From the sequence record SRR31156797_589: a stretch of DNA of 51,277 nt, one strand, 5' to 3'. Shown in pieces: positions 10,261 through 20,476 of this stretch (the first letter of the stretch is position 1; every line of letters begins with the position of its first letter). Below the pieces are notes generated by a model. The model did not search any database, had not been told where the DNA came from, and saw only the letters and a program-made list of their open reading frames with translations. The position numbers and the translations under genes were made by a program.

Positions 10261-11268
10261 TCAACAGATATATACAATTTCACACATCGGTAAGTGTTTC
10301 TCCAGTAAATTAATAATGGTTTTTTCTGCTTTAACACGTACATCTTCTTTATATCGTATTTTACCTTTATATCCTTTTTTCATTAGATTTTCATCGTATA
10401 CATCATGTACATTTGGCAGAGCTTTTGAATTAATTTTTATATGAGTTTGAGAATATGTCATGAATATAATTTCAAACTTGATTTTTACTAATAAATCTAT
10501 AGGCAGATTATCGGCTAAGTATTTGAATAATTCTTCATAAATATATTCGTAGCTTTCTATAAGAACGATTGGCGCAATAAGAATTCCGATTTTATAGCCT
10601 GCTTTATGTAATTTGATTATAGCCTGTAATCGCAAATCCAGACTTGATGTACCAATTTCTACTTTCTTAATAATAGATTTGGGATTAACGCTCATCCTGA
10701 CAATAATCTGAGCGTTATGGTCAATGTCCAGAATACCATCAATCATGTGAAACTTTGTAGGAAAAGTAAGGTAACCCCTACCCTCCTTTACGAATCTTTC
10801 AATTGTCCAGACTAAATTATTTGTTATTGTGTTTTCAATGACCAAATCACTGGTTGAACCGATTTCATATACTTTATTAGGAGTTTGAATAGAATGATTG
10901 ATGATTTTGTCCAGCATTTTTTCTCTGTTAACAAATATCCTTAAGTAAGAGCATTTAAAAAAATTACAGACAAGATAGCAGTAAGTACAGATTGCAGGAC
11001 AGCCCGATGAAGTATATGGCACAAGATAATCTGATATCTTTTCATTTGGAACAAATTTCTGTGTTTTCCTAGTTGCTAATATAAGCCACTTTTTCATTTT
11101 TACAAATTCGCTATCATCCATATGCCTGTGTTCTTGCACATTGTGATGAGCGTGAATCTCTTCACAGGGGATGTTAAGTGCCTTATACATATCAAGGAGC
11201 TGTACTCCTTGTTTATATTCTAATATAGTTTCTTCAAAAAATACCCTTTTAGGTACAAATATATTCAT
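10261..11268 (-). CDS. splB: Spore photoproduct lyase-family radical SAM enzyme
   Basis: GCPAICTYCYL CxxxCxxC motif, EIGSTSD, FPTKF, RMSVNP and EIGTSSL..RL, all typical of the SPL family. Confidence 0.85.
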   Translation of the reverse strand: MNIFVPKRVFFEETILEYKQGVQLLDMYKALNIPCEEIHAHHNVQEHRHMDDSEFVKMKKWLILATRKTQKFVPNEKISDYLVPYTSSGCPAICTYCYLVCNFFKCSYLRIFVNREKMLDKIINHSIQTPNKVYEIGSTSDLVIENTITNNLVWTIERFVKEGRGYLTFPTKFHMIDGILDIDHNAQIIVRMSVNPKSIIKKVEIGTSSLDLRLQAIIKLHKAGYKIGILIAPIVLIESYEYIYEELFKYLADNLPIDLLVKIKFEIIFMTYSQTHIKINSKALPNVHDVYDENLMKKGYKGKIRYKEDVRVKAEKTIINLLEKHLPMCEIVYIC

Positions 11269-11284
11269 AGATAAGCCTCTTAAG

Positions 11285-11313
11285 TAGTTTTTGCAAGTGA
11301 CTTATCTTTATTC
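11285..11313 (-). promoter_or_regulatory. Putative forespore SigG/SigF promoter of splB
   Basis: GAATA-17 nt-AAAACTA resembles the B. subtilis SigG consensus and fits the gene function. Confidence 0.5.
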
Positions 11314-11320
11314 TGAAAAT

Positions 11321-13192
11321 TTATTGAGAACTTCTGCCTCTGCTTCTGCTAGGTGCTGACGGCGTAGGTTCAGGCGTTGCGGTTGCAGTCGGGTTTGGGG
11401 TAGGATTGACATATGCTTCATAATCATCTGGGTGAATATGAATTTCAGGAGCATAATATTTGTACACATCTGTATACAGTAATTCGCTGGCAATCTGCTC
11501 ACCTTTTTCATTTCTGTAGATTTTGTATGCTTCGCAAACTATTCCCTGATGTCCCGCTAATAACTTTGGTTCAGAACCTTTTGCTACAGTGCTGTCCTTA
11601 ACAACTATTGCCTCTCCTATTGGAGTAGTGTCAATAGTTTTTACCCATAAGTCAATGTATGCACAGTTTGTAAGCGGTGCACCGTATATTTCAGCATATA
11701 CCTCCAATCCTACTGTATACATTGCAATATATATTGGCGTATCCATATTATTTACAAACTTTAAATCAGCTGTGCCATAATTAACTGTTGCATCTCTGCC
11801 TCTTGATAAATAGCCCAATTCAAAGCTATGATGATATCGTTCGGTAATTTCAAGGTCAGCCCTGACTACAGCATTAAATAATGTACCAGAAACCTGACAT
11901 ACGCCACCTGCAATACCCGGCACTAATTCATTACCGCCTACTATAGTATTTGCTTCTTTGAAGCCTTTTTCCTTCGTTCTTTCTCCTGTAGTATCATTCA
12001 TGGAGAATTCCTCACCTGGCATAAGTACAGTGCCGTTAATCATAGAGCAGGCTAATGCTATGTTATGCTGCCTGTTGGTATTCCTAGCCTGAATTGATTT
12101 AAATGAGACTATTTCCTGTGTCAAATCACGTAAATCAACGTTTGAAACTGGTTCAATCTCATAAGTGGGAACTTCTATACTGCCATATGTTCTATCCTGA
12201 AATTCTAATAATACCATGTCCCAGAGCTTATCCTTGTCTACTCCTGTTCCGAGTACTGGGTCAGTATATTCAAACCATGTAGATTTATCCGCATTACCAT
12301 CTGGCACAAATAACACTTGTGGCTCAGTAGCTGCTTGTTCAATAGCTGCAGCTATTTCATCCAGTTTTTCCTTTATAGGAGTTGGATCTTCGGTTCTGTA
12401 GGTTCCGAATTTACGTGTATTGGTCTCCAGCTCCATCACTTCAGCGTATCTGGATTTCAATGTACCGCTCCTACCTACTTCATATGCTCTGGAAAGCACT
12501 TCATCAGTATCATATATTATATCAATATCTTTAGCTGTAAATACATATTCATCACTATCAGTAATTATAGTTACTTTGATTTCAGCTTCGTTTTCACTTT
12601 GCTGTGATGTGATTTTATCCAATGCTTCTTCTAGTGTTAAACCGCCTAGATGAATATCGTCTACATAAATACCATTATAATATGTATCTACATTTAGGAC
12701 TCTTTCATATTTTTTTAATGTAAGGTAATTATAAATAAAATAAGCAATAATGCATGAAGTAATAACTGCGAAAGCATAAATAAACAATCGTAACTTCGAA
12801 TTCTTTTCCTTAGGTTTATCCTCTTCATGCAGTTTTTTGTCTTCAACTATCTCCAGTGCGGTTTCATTATTTACAATTGGGTCGAGCTTATCTTCATTAT
12901 TTTCAATTTTTTCTGTGATTATTTTACTTTCATCAGCTTTTTCCTCATCTGTTTTATCAGCCTCGTGAATCTTCTCCTGATTTTTTTGCATAAGCTGAAC
13001 CTCTTCTGAATCTACTTTATCTTCAGAAGTATCATTTTTACTAGAAGATGACTCATCTAAGTTTATATTATTCTCTAATGAATCATCAGATTTTGAAATA
13101 ACATCTAAGTTTTCTTCAGAATGAGTTTCTTTGTGATTTAGTAAGTTATTCTCTTCTTGATTAATGTTTTCATTATTATCTTTATTTGTCAT
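11321..13192 (-). CDS. VanW-family membrane-anchored protein
   Basis: Acidic disordered N-terminus, one TM, NR..NI.LA, GGVCQVSGTLFNA, GRDATV..G..DLKF.N and a Pro/Thr-rich tail. Confidence 0.9.
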   Translation of the reverse strand: MTNKDNNENINQEENNLLNHKETHSEENLDVISKSDDSLENNINLDESSSSKNDTSEDKVDSEEVQLMQKNQEKIHEADKTDEEKADESKIITEKIENNEDKLDPIVNNETALEIVEDKKLHEEDKPKEKNSKLRLFIYAFAVITSCIIAYFIYNYLTLKKYERVLNVDTYYNGIYVDDIHLGGLTLEEALDKITSQQSENEAEIKVTIITDSDEYVFTAKDIDIIYDTDEVLSRAYEVGRSGTLKSRYAEVMELETNTRKFGTYRTEDPTPIKEKLDEIAAAIEQAATEPQVLFVPDGNADKSTWFEYTDPVLGTGVDKDKLWDMVLLEFQDRTYGSIEVPTYEIEPVSNVDLRDLTQEIVSFKSIQARNTNRQHNIALACSMINGTVLMPGEEFSMNDTTGERTKEKGFKEANTIVGGNELVPGIAGGVCQVSGTLFNAVVRADLEITERYHHSFELGYLSRGRDATVNYGTADLKFVNNMDTPIYIAMYTVGLEVYAEIYGAPLTNCAYIDLWVKTIDTTPIGEAIVVKDSTVAKGSEPKLLAGHQGIVCEAYKIYRNEKGEQIASELLYTDVYKYYAPEIHIHPDDYEAYVNPTPNPTATATPEPTPSAPSRSRGRSSQ

Positions 13193-13305
13193 TAGAATAC
13201 TCCTTGCTAGACTAAATAATTAATTACAAATATATCATAACCAAAGTATTTTATATTATGCATAATTACTAGTTAATAGTATGTACAAATAGTTACCATA
13301 AGAAC

Positions 13306-13333
13306 AAAAAAACGGAAGAAATTATTTCTTCCG
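13306..13333 (-). terminator. Intrinsic terminator of the ABC operon
   Basis: CGGAAGAAA / TTTCTTCCG inverted repeat with an A-run on + (U-run on -). Confidence 0.75.
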
Positions 13334-13353
13334 CTTAAGATTAATGAATATTA

Positions 13354-14487
13354 TTAATAGCTGAACTTCTTATCCTTTCTTTTTACAATATATACTGATA
13401 TTAAAAATAATAGAATGGAGAAACTGAAGATTACCAACAGGCACATCGCTATTGATTCCCCAGATTGAGCTTTCTTAATTGCATCTAGTGTCCAGCGCTG
13501 TGGTGTCAGGAATGACAGGTTGTAGAGAACTTTTGGCATATATTCTATTGGCCAGTAACATCCTCCTATCATACAGGATGGTGTCAGTATTAGTGACATG
13601 ACTGCCGATGCAACGCTTTCATTCTTTGCAAATGATACTATCAACTGCCCCATTGATACTCCGCAAATAGCGTAAGTGAACAATATAAGTATGATTTTTG
13701 CTAGAGGTGCATGGAACGACAATTTAAATACCAATGAAGACAATAGAATTATTAGAACTATCTGCGAAAGTTGGATTAGCAGATTAACAGTAATATTAGC
13801 TATTGTATATATACTTGGTCTGGTTGGTGTAATTACAATCCGTGATATAATGCCATTCCTCTTATCTTTTAATGAAAGAAACGATATCGTACAGGCACTA
13901 ATTAGAGACAGCATTAAATACATACCGAACATCTGTTGAGATGCTTCAAGTTCTCGTGATTCGTCTGATACTGTTTCAGAAGTAAACTCAATGCCTGATG
14001 TCTCGACATCCTCAATAAGTTTCTTGTAAGTATCAAAGTCGCCGTTTGATGCCAATGCTAGATCCTGTAGATTTACTATCTGGAAATTAACAGTATTTTT
14101 TATCCATACAGAGCCTTCACTTGTTGCAGGTGAATACATACTTACAGTCGGATCTTGACCATTTAATATTTTTTCCTCAAAGTCTTCTTCAAATGTTATG
14201 GCAACTGTTGCTTTGCCTTCAGTAATGTAGTCAGATACTTGATCCTCTTCGATATGTTCTATTATATAATTGTCGGTTAAAATAATTGTATTCAGAACTG
14301 ATTCTGAGGATATGGATTCCGAATTATCTACTACAGCAACTACGTATTTACTAGAACCTGAACCTGCGAACAATAGCAGCATGCATACACTAACTGCAAC
14401 AGGAAGAATGATATGTATGATATATCCTGTAGGTTTTGCAAAGATTCTTTTTATTATATTCTTTGCGATTAGAAAGTATGATCTCAT
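13354..14487 (-). CDS. ABC-2 exporter permease (LnrN/YfiN-like)
   Basis: N-terminal TM, extracellular loop and C-terminal TMs with GGCYWPIEYMP...TPQRW. Confidence 0.88.
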   Translation of the reverse strand: MRSYFLIAKNIIKRIFAKPTGYIIHIILPVAVSVCMLLLFAGSGSSKYVVAVVDNSESISSESVLNTIILTDNYIIEHIEEDQVSDYITEGKATVAITFEEDFEEKILNGQDPTVSMYSPATSEGSVWIKNTVNFQIVNLQDLALASNGDFDTYKKLIEDVETSGIEFTSETVSDESRELEASQQMFGMYLMLSLISACTISFLSLKDKRNGIISRIVITPTRPSIYTIANITVNLLIQLSQIVLIILLSSLVFKLSFHAPLAKIILILFTYAICGVSMGQLIVSFAKNESVASAVMSLILTPSCMIGGCYWPIEYMPKVLYNLSFLTPQRWTLDAIKKAQSGESIAMCLLVIFSFSILLFLISVYIVKRKDKKFSY

Positions 14488-15623
14488 CAGCGCATCCTCC
14501 TTTTTCTGAATATCATTGAATTAATTATTGTTAAGATAATAGCTACAGTAATGAATATTAAATTTGCCATTATTAGATAAGAATTGTCATTGCTGTAGAT
14601 AGACTTCTGAATACCTGTATTTGCCCACCAGATTAGTGAAAAATATTTTCCTATTTCACCTAATGCACCCATTTCTGAAACTGGTACGTATGCACCGCCA
14701 AAGAATGCAGAAGCCACAATGAATATATGCATTATTGGGCTGGCTGCTGATTCAGATTTAATAGCACTGCCTAAGAATACTCCAAAAGAAGTCATGCAGA
14801 TAATGAGTGATACAATAGTCAGCAGAGGGAATAGTGGCTGTGTACCCCAATAAACGTCAAATGCCAAATAGGATATTACTGCGACAATTGCTATTTGTAT
14901 TACAGAATGGATTACAAAACCCAACATATTGCCAATAAATAATTGTGAACCTTTAATATTGGAGGTTGATATTCTGTCTGTACGACCGCTGCTGTTATCC
15001 TCCTGAACACTATACATTGGTGTCATTGCTACATACAGTGCAAATAATATAAGCATTGCTACACCATAGTAATCCATTGAGCCTGGCTCCAATTTTGTAT
15101 TAATACTCTTTTCAACTGTATAGCTTGAGTCTTGAATGTCTCTATCAATTACTTGTTCAATTACCATCGGATTCACTTTGATAATTTCAATAATTACACT
15201 ATGACGGTTTATATATGTTCTGAGCATTCCTTCAAAAAGCGATGATTCAGTGTCATCTGCAGTGTTTTTATAGAGGATTATCTCATCATCTTCCTCATCA
15301 ACTACAACTACAGCAGTTAGCTTATTTAGCTTAAGCTGCTCTAACTCATCTTCAAGATTTGACACTTCTGTCATGTTAGTTTCATCCGAAATAGAGTTCA
15401 CAAATTCTTCAAATCCTTCTGATAATTCTCCCTTTTTGCCTTCAACATAGTATGAAATGTTCATTTCGTCAATACTTATGCCTTCAGCAGTACCCATTGA
15501 ATCCTCAAATGCAAGTCCAAGGAAAAAAATGATTACTAAAGGCATTGCACACATAATAAGCATAACTGCAACATTTCTTAAGTTGCGAATGATTATAAAT
15601 TTTGCAATACTTAAAATTTTCAT
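14487..15623 (-). CDS. ABC-2 exporter permease (LnrM/YfiM-like)
   Basis: Same topology with SMDYYGVAM and FFGGAYVP. Translationally coupled to its neighbours. Confidence 0.88.
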   Translation of the reverse strand: MKILSIAKFIIIRNLRNVAVMLIMCAMPLVIIFFLGLAFEDSMGTAEGISIDEMNISYYVEGKKGELSEGFEEFVNSISDETNMTEVSNLEDELEQLKLNKLTAVVVVDEEDDEIILYKNTADDTESSLFEGMLRTYINRHSVIIEIIKVNPMVIEQVIDRDIQDSSYTVEKSINTKLEPGSMDYYGVAMLILFALYVAMTPMYSVQEDNSSGRTDRISTSNIKGSQLFIGNMLGFVIHSVIQIAIVAVISYLAFDVYWGTQPLFPLLTIVSLIICMTSFGVFLGSAIKSESAASPIMHIFIVASAFFGGAYVPVSEMGALGEIGKYFSLIWWANTGIQKSIYSNDNSYLIMANLIFITVAIILTIINSMIFRKRRMR

Positions 15624-15624
15624 A

Positions 15625-16563
15625 TTAATCTCTCAAGCTCCTTCCGGTAAGTGATAAGAATACAGATTCTAGACTAACATCTCCCATATTGATAGATCTT
15701 ACTGGAATATTATTCGAATGAAAATAAGCAGTAATATCACTGATGCAGTCACTCTCATGCATACACTCTATTCGTATCTGTCCCTCTTTCTGAATAGCAG
15801 ATGTAACACCTTTAATCTGTTCAATCTGACTAACGTCAACCTGTGTACCAATATCAGTCTCGATAATCAATGCTTTTTTATCAGATATTAATTTTTGCAG
15901 TTCATCTTTTGTGCCCAAGGCTATTAATTTGCCGTGGTCCATAATAGCTATTTTTGTGCAGATAGCCTCAACTTCTTCCATATAGTGGGTAGTGTAGATT
16001 ACTGTTGAGCCCATTTCGTTTAGTTTCTGTACTGATTTGAGAATATGATTTCTTGACTGTGGGTCAATGCCTACTGTTGGTTCATCCATAATTATCAATT
16101 TTGGTCTATGGGCAATTGCACAGGCAATATTTAGTCGGCGCTTCATACCGCCTGAATAGTTCTTTGGAAAGTCGTCTTTTCTATCAGTCAGACCAACGAA
16201 TTCTAATGCTTCATCGGTTCTTTTATTTAATTCTTTTCCTTTTAAACCATATAGTGCAGCAAAGAATTTTACATTTTCTGTAGCCTTTAAGTCCTCATAC
16301 AATGCAATATCCTGCGGCACAATTCCAATATCTTTTTTAATTTGAAGCAGTTCCTTGGAATGATCAAGACCAAAGCAGGTGATATTTCCTTTGGTTTTGT
16401 TTACAATACCGCAGAGCATATTGATAGTTGTGGATTTACCTGCACCGTTTGGTCCTAATAGCCCGAATATTTCTCCCTCTGAAATATTTAGAGTCATACC
16501 ATCTACTGCATTAATATCTCCATAAGTTTTTACTAAGTTTTTTATAGTTACAACGTTTGTCAT
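15625..16563 (-). CDS. ABC exporter ATPase (LnrL/YfiL-like)
   Basis: GPNGAGKST, YSGGMKRRLNIACA, DEPTVGIDPQSR and TTHYMEE motifs. Confidence 0.93.
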   Translation of the reverse strand: MTNVVTIKNLVKTYGDINAVDGMTLNISEGEIFGLLGPNGAGKSTTINMLCGIVNKTKGNITCFGLDHSKELLQIKKDIGIVPQDIALYEDLKATENVKFFAALYGLKGKELNKRTDEALEFVGLTDRKDDFPKNYSGGMKRRLNIACAIAHRPKLIIMDEPTVGIDPQSRNHILKSVQKLNEMGSTVIYTTHYMEEVEAICTKIAIMDHGKLIALGTKDELQKLISDKKALIIETDIGTQVDVSQIEQIKGVTSAIQKEGQIRIECMHESDCISDITAYFHSNNIPVRSINMGDVSLESVFLSLTGRSLRD

Positions 16564-16654
16564 AATTACCTCCTAAATAAATCTATTTTAAATTCAATAT
16601 CATTATATATTCAAAAGCCTCCCACAAGTAGTGAGAGGTTTCCAATATAATACA

Positions 16655-16666
16655 TGACTTTTGTCA
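16655..16666. promoter_or_regulatory. Inverted repeat TGAC-N4-GTCA, likely operator for the adjacent NarL-type regulator
   Basis: TGACTTTTGTCA lies in the gap between the regulator and the ABC ATPase, upstream of a minus-strand TATAAT. Confidence 0.55.
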
Positions 16667-16673
16667 CTATTTA

Positions 16674-17288
16674 TTAATAAGTAAGGTAATAGATTGCGAT
16701 TTGTGTTCTGTGTTTTAGGTTTAGCTTTGATAAAACATTAGTAATATTATTTTTAACAGTTCCTTGAGATATATATAGATTTTCAGCAATATCTTTGTTC
16801 GTTAATCCTTTTGCAATTAAGCGTACAATATCTTTCTCTCTGCTTGTTAACCCCTCTAGTTTATCGATGTTTTCTTCTTTGTTAAGAACCATCTTTTTCA
16901 TAATATCGTCCTGTACTACTGAGTTACCACCGTTAACAGATATTATAGCATTCATAATCATATCAGGTGGATTGCTCTTTAAAAGATATCCTTTAGCGCC
17001 ATACTCGAAGCATTTTTTGATATATTCATCTTCATCAAATGTAGTAAGCACCAGAACTTTTGTATTAGTTCTTTCAACAATTTCACGTGTAGCCTCTACC
17101 CCATTTACTTCAGGCATACGTAAATCAAGCAGAGCGACATCTATATCATTTTTTAAGCACTCACTAATAGCTTTAGCCCCATTATTTGCAATAGATACAA
17201 CATCAAATCTATCATCCATTCCAAGGATAATATTGAGGCTGTCTGTTATTAATCTATCATCATCTGCCAGTAATATTTTTATCGCCAT
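16674..17288 (-). CDS. NarL/LuxR-family response regulator
   Basis: LADDD, LLDLRMP, LTTFD, GYLLK receiver and LTSRE...GLTNK..A..L.IS.GTVKN HTH. Confidence 0.95.
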   Translation of the reverse strand: MAIKILLADDDRLITDSLNIILGMDDRFDVVSIANNGAKAISECLKNDIDVALLDLRMPEVNGVEATREIVERTNTKVLVLTTFDEDEYIKKCFEYGAKGYLLKSNPPDMIMNAIISVNGGNSVVQDDIMKKMVLNKEENIDKLEGLTSREKDIVRLIAKGLTNKDIAENLYISQGTVKNNITNVLSKLNLKHRTQIAIYYLTY

Positions 17289-17303
17289 ATATTAATTCCT
17301 TTA

Positions 17304-18422
17304 TTATTCACTAATATTGATATTAAAAATCATTGTTACTCTAAATCCTTCACTACCGTCAAATATAGCATAACCGTTCTGCATAGCCATACGATCCTCG
17401 ATACCACGCAAGCCAAGGCCTTTTGATATATTTTTACATCCTACACCGTTGTCTCTGATATTGACTTTATAAATTTTATTCAGCTTAGTAAATTCAATAA
17501 CACACTCAGTAGCCTCAGAATATTTTATCATATTAGTAAGGATTTCTCTAATATTTGATGTGATTGTATTCCACATATTTTGATTAAGAGTATTAATATC
17601 ACTGTTATACTTAAGTGAAATTTTACAGTTTGATTCTTTGTTTATTTTATTAACAATATCTTTAATATTAGCAATATTGATACTGCTTCTCTCTGGTTTA
17701 ACTTTCTTTAATATCTCTCTTATGCTGTTCATACCATGCCGTAGATTATCTGTTACAGAAGTCAGCATATCAATGGATTTATTGATGTCTACCTGCATCA
17801 CTTTCTTAATTGCTTCCAGCTTCATAATATTACCTGCTAAATTGTGACCGATTTCGTCATGAAGCCTCTGAGATATTTCGTTTCTCTCTTCTAGTTTAAC
17901 TTGAAATATCGTGCTTTCCATTCTCTGTTCTGCGTTTGTTAGTTTTTGCTCCAATTTTTGCTGATGTTGTTTATAAGCAAATATTGTATCCTGCTGTTTT
18001 GCTATTTTTTCATTTGTTCTCCTTGTACTTAACTCAAGTGCAAAGGAAAGTCCGGCAATTATCAAGTAAATATCAATTAATTCCTTCTGAATGATAAGAA
18101 GCGGTGTGGCTAAAAATAGATAGAATAACTTCTTATTACCCAAAAGCATATTATTCATCTGGCATAGTGTTACAGGGAAAAATATTATCATTAGTCCTGA
18201 ACCTACGTAATAATCAAGAATAAGTACAGCAAAAGAAATACTTATTATTATTTTGTTTATTAGTTTACTAAAATCAATATAAACAAGCATTTTTGTTACT
18301 AAGTAAATAACAAAAATCAATAGCAAAAGGTAAGAATTTTCAGAACCAGTCAAAATTAAACTTTTTATATAATAGTAGCTGAGGATTAATTCAGCTAGAA
18401 TTAGGTAATTCAATTGTTTCAC
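17304..18422 (-). CDS. HisKA_3 membrane sensor histidine kinase
   Basis: Hydrophobic N-terminus, EERNEISQRLHDEIGH H-box, DNGVG and GLGLRGI. Confidence 0.92.
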   Translation of the reverse strand: MKQLNYLILAELILSYYYIKSLILTGSENSYLLLLIFVIYLVTKMLVYIDFSKLINKIIISISFAVLILDYYVGSGLMIIFFPVTLCQMNNMLLGNKKLFYLFLATPLLIIQKELIDIYLIIAGLSFALELSTRRTNEKIAKQQDTIFAYKQHQQKLEQKLTNAEQRMESTIFQVKLEERNEISQRLHDEIGHNLAGNIMKLEAIKKVMQVDINKSIDMLTSVTDNLRHGMNSIREILKKVKPERSSINIANIKDIVNKINKESNCKISLKYNSDINTLNQNMWNTITSNIREILTNMIKYSEATECVIEFTKLNKIYKVNIRDNGVGCKNISKGLGLRGIEDRMAMQNGYAIFDGSEGFRVTMIFNINISE

Positions 18423-18434
18423 CCGCCAATTCTA

Positions 18435-20183
18435 TTACTCAGTACTTGATATAAGTTTTATTATTACAGACTGGTATGGTAAAAGCACTATTTTATCATC
18501 ATAATGTGTATCAGCATCAATATAATTGGATAAAATCAATTCCATTCGTTGAATTGAAATGTTATTGGGTACATTAAATGTACGCTTTTTATTGGTAAAG
18601 TTAGCTGTTATCAGCCATTTCTCATTGTCAAATTCCCGTATATATGAAATGATATCGGGATTCGATTTATTTATGATAGTAAAATCGCCTTTTACAATAA
18701 TACGATTTTCTTTACGTAATGCAATAAGTTTTTTGTAGTAATTAAGTATTGAATTTTCATCTGATAAATCATTCTCAACATTAATTTCTTTGTAGTTGTT
18801 GTTTACTGGAAGCCAAGGCTCTCCAGCTGTGAAACCTGCATTTTTATCTTCATTCCACTGCATGGGGAATCTAGCATTATCTCTTGATACTCCATGAACG
18901 ATTTTCATAGCAAAGCCTTTTGGAATTCCATCGTCTATAGCTTTTTTAAAGGCATTAATAGTTCCTATATCCTTGTATTCTTCAATTGCAGGCAAATGGA
19001 AATTTGTCATACCGATTTCCTCTCCCTGATAGATAAAAGGTGTTCCGGGCATAGTATGAAGTATTGTAGCCAGCATTTTTGCTGATTCTACTCTATACTT
19101 ATCATCGTCACCAAAGCGTGAAACTTGTCTTGGCTGGTCATGGTTAGACATATATTGCGTATACCATCCGCCTTTTTTTATTACCTTGTACCACTTCCTC
19201 TGTGTTCTCTTGAAATCGACTAGGTCTATCTTTTTGTTCCTGCTTTTTAGATATGATATTATATTCTCTGCTAAGAATTTATACAATGCCAGTTTCTTTT
19301 TTGGTACAACAACGTCTTTTACCTGCAGATGCTGGAAGAAAATCAGCATATTTATTTCTTTGCGTTTTTTATCAACGTAGTTTAGCCCCTCTTTTGGAGT
19401 AACTGTATGAGCTTCCCCGACAGTCATTATATCATACTTAGAAAAAGCGTTTTTATTTAGCATTTTCAGAACTTTATGAGTACCTTCTTCGTTTGCATAA
19501 AGCTCTGGATCAAAAACCATATCGTTCTGACCATCAACTATAAGATTCGAATTAGGTAATCCAGCTGGTTTGCCATATACATTAACCATGTCAATTCTAA
19601 AGCCATCAATGCCCTTATCAAGCCACCAGGTAATCATTTCTGTTACGTTTTTTTGTACATCTTCATTTTCCCAGTTTAAATCAGGCTGTTTTTTTGAGAA
19701 TAGATGCAGATAGTACTCATCGGTTTTCTCATCATACTCCCATGCACTTTCACTAAAATATGACTGCCAGTTATTTGGTGTTCTATTTCCTTTTCCTTTT
19801 CGCCAAATATAGTAATCTCGTTTGGGATTATCCTTTGAGGAACGTGATTCAATAAACCATGGATGCTCATCTGAAGTATGATTTATAACTAAATCCATTA
19901 TCAATTTAAGACCTTTATTATGACATTCTCTGAGCAATTCATCAAAATCTTCAATTGTACCAAATTCTTTATTTATGCTGTAATAATTTGAAATATCATA
20001 TCCGTAATCATCATTCGGTGATTGATAAACAGGGCTTAGCCATATTATATCTACACCCAAATCCTTAATATAATCAAGTTTCTCAGTTATACCCTTTATA
20101 TCACCTATACCATCATTGTTTGAGTCATTAAATGATCTGGGATATATCTGGTAAACGACTGATTCTTTCCACCACTTTGCCAT
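18435..20183 (-). CDS. malL: GH13 oligo-1,6-/alpha-glucosidase
   Basis: WWKESVVYQIYPRSF, DLVINHTS, QPDLNW, and catalytic GFRID / VGEA / NHD. Confidence 0.88.
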   Translation of the reverse strand: MAKWWKESVVYQIYPRSFNDSNNDGIGDIKGITEKLDYIKDLGVDIIWLSPVYQSPNDDYGYDISNYYSINKEFGTIEDFDELLRECHNKGLKLIMDLVINHTSDEHPWFIESRSSKDNPKRDYYIWRKGKGNRTPNNWQSYFSESAWEYDEKTDEYYLHLFSKKQPDLNWENEDVQKNVTEMITWWLDKGIDGFRIDMVNVYGKPAGLPNSNLIVDGQNDMVFDPELYANEEGTHKVLKMLNKNAFSKYDIMTVGEAHTVTPKEGLNYVDKKRKEINMLIFFQHLQVKDVVVPKKKLALYKFLAENIISYLKSRNKKIDLVDFKRTQRKWYKVIKKGGWYTQYMSNHDQPRQVSRFGDDDKYRVESAKMLATILHTMPGTPFIYQGEEIGMTNFHLPAIEEYKDIGTINAFKKAIDDGIPKGFAMKIVHGVSRDNARFPMQWNEDKNAGFTAGEPWLPVNNNYKEINVENDLSDENSILNYYKKLIALRKENRIIVKGDFTIINKSNPDIISYIREFDNEKWLITANFTNKKRTFNVPNNISIQRMELILSNYIDADTHYDDKIVLLPYQSVIIKLISSTE

Positions 20184-20369
20184 ATGATTTCACCTCTAAT
20201 ACACATCATTTTAACAAAAATATATCATTTTAACAACATAGATTTTTTTGCATATTTTAGCACTGAAAAATTTATTACACAATGCGTTAATACATATTAT
20301 ACTATTGACCCAATATTTCTTGGAGAATACAGTATTCAGATATTTATAATACATATAGTTTAATTTATT

Positions 20370-20399
20370 AAAAAACAACCAAGCATATGCTCGGTTGTT
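20370..20399 (-). terminator. Intrinsic terminator of the GPGH-repeat gene
   Basis: AACAACC-A-AGC ATAT GCT-C-GGTTGTT hairpin with an A-run on +. Confidence 0.75.
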
Positions 20400-20476
20400 A
20401 TCAATTTGAAAAATAAAGATATAAGTAGTTAATTATATCTGAAAGACAGATAAATTAAGCATACATCCAATATGTA

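Noticed and set aside
11308..11511. Alternative-frame ORF over the VanW 3' end suggesting a frameshift
   Set aside because: The main frame ends in a plausible Pro/Thr tail, and there is no slippery site or RBS.
20205..20236. 13-bp direct repeat ATCATTTTAACAA upstream of malL
   Set aside because: AT-rich, and each copy reads as an extended -10 (TGTTAAAAT) on the minus strand. Cannot be distinguished from a small duplication.
20305..20333. Plus-strand promoter-like TTGACC-17-TACAGT with no downstream gene
   Set aside because: Such matches are frequent in AT-rich intergenic DNA, and there is no clear plus-strand terminator.
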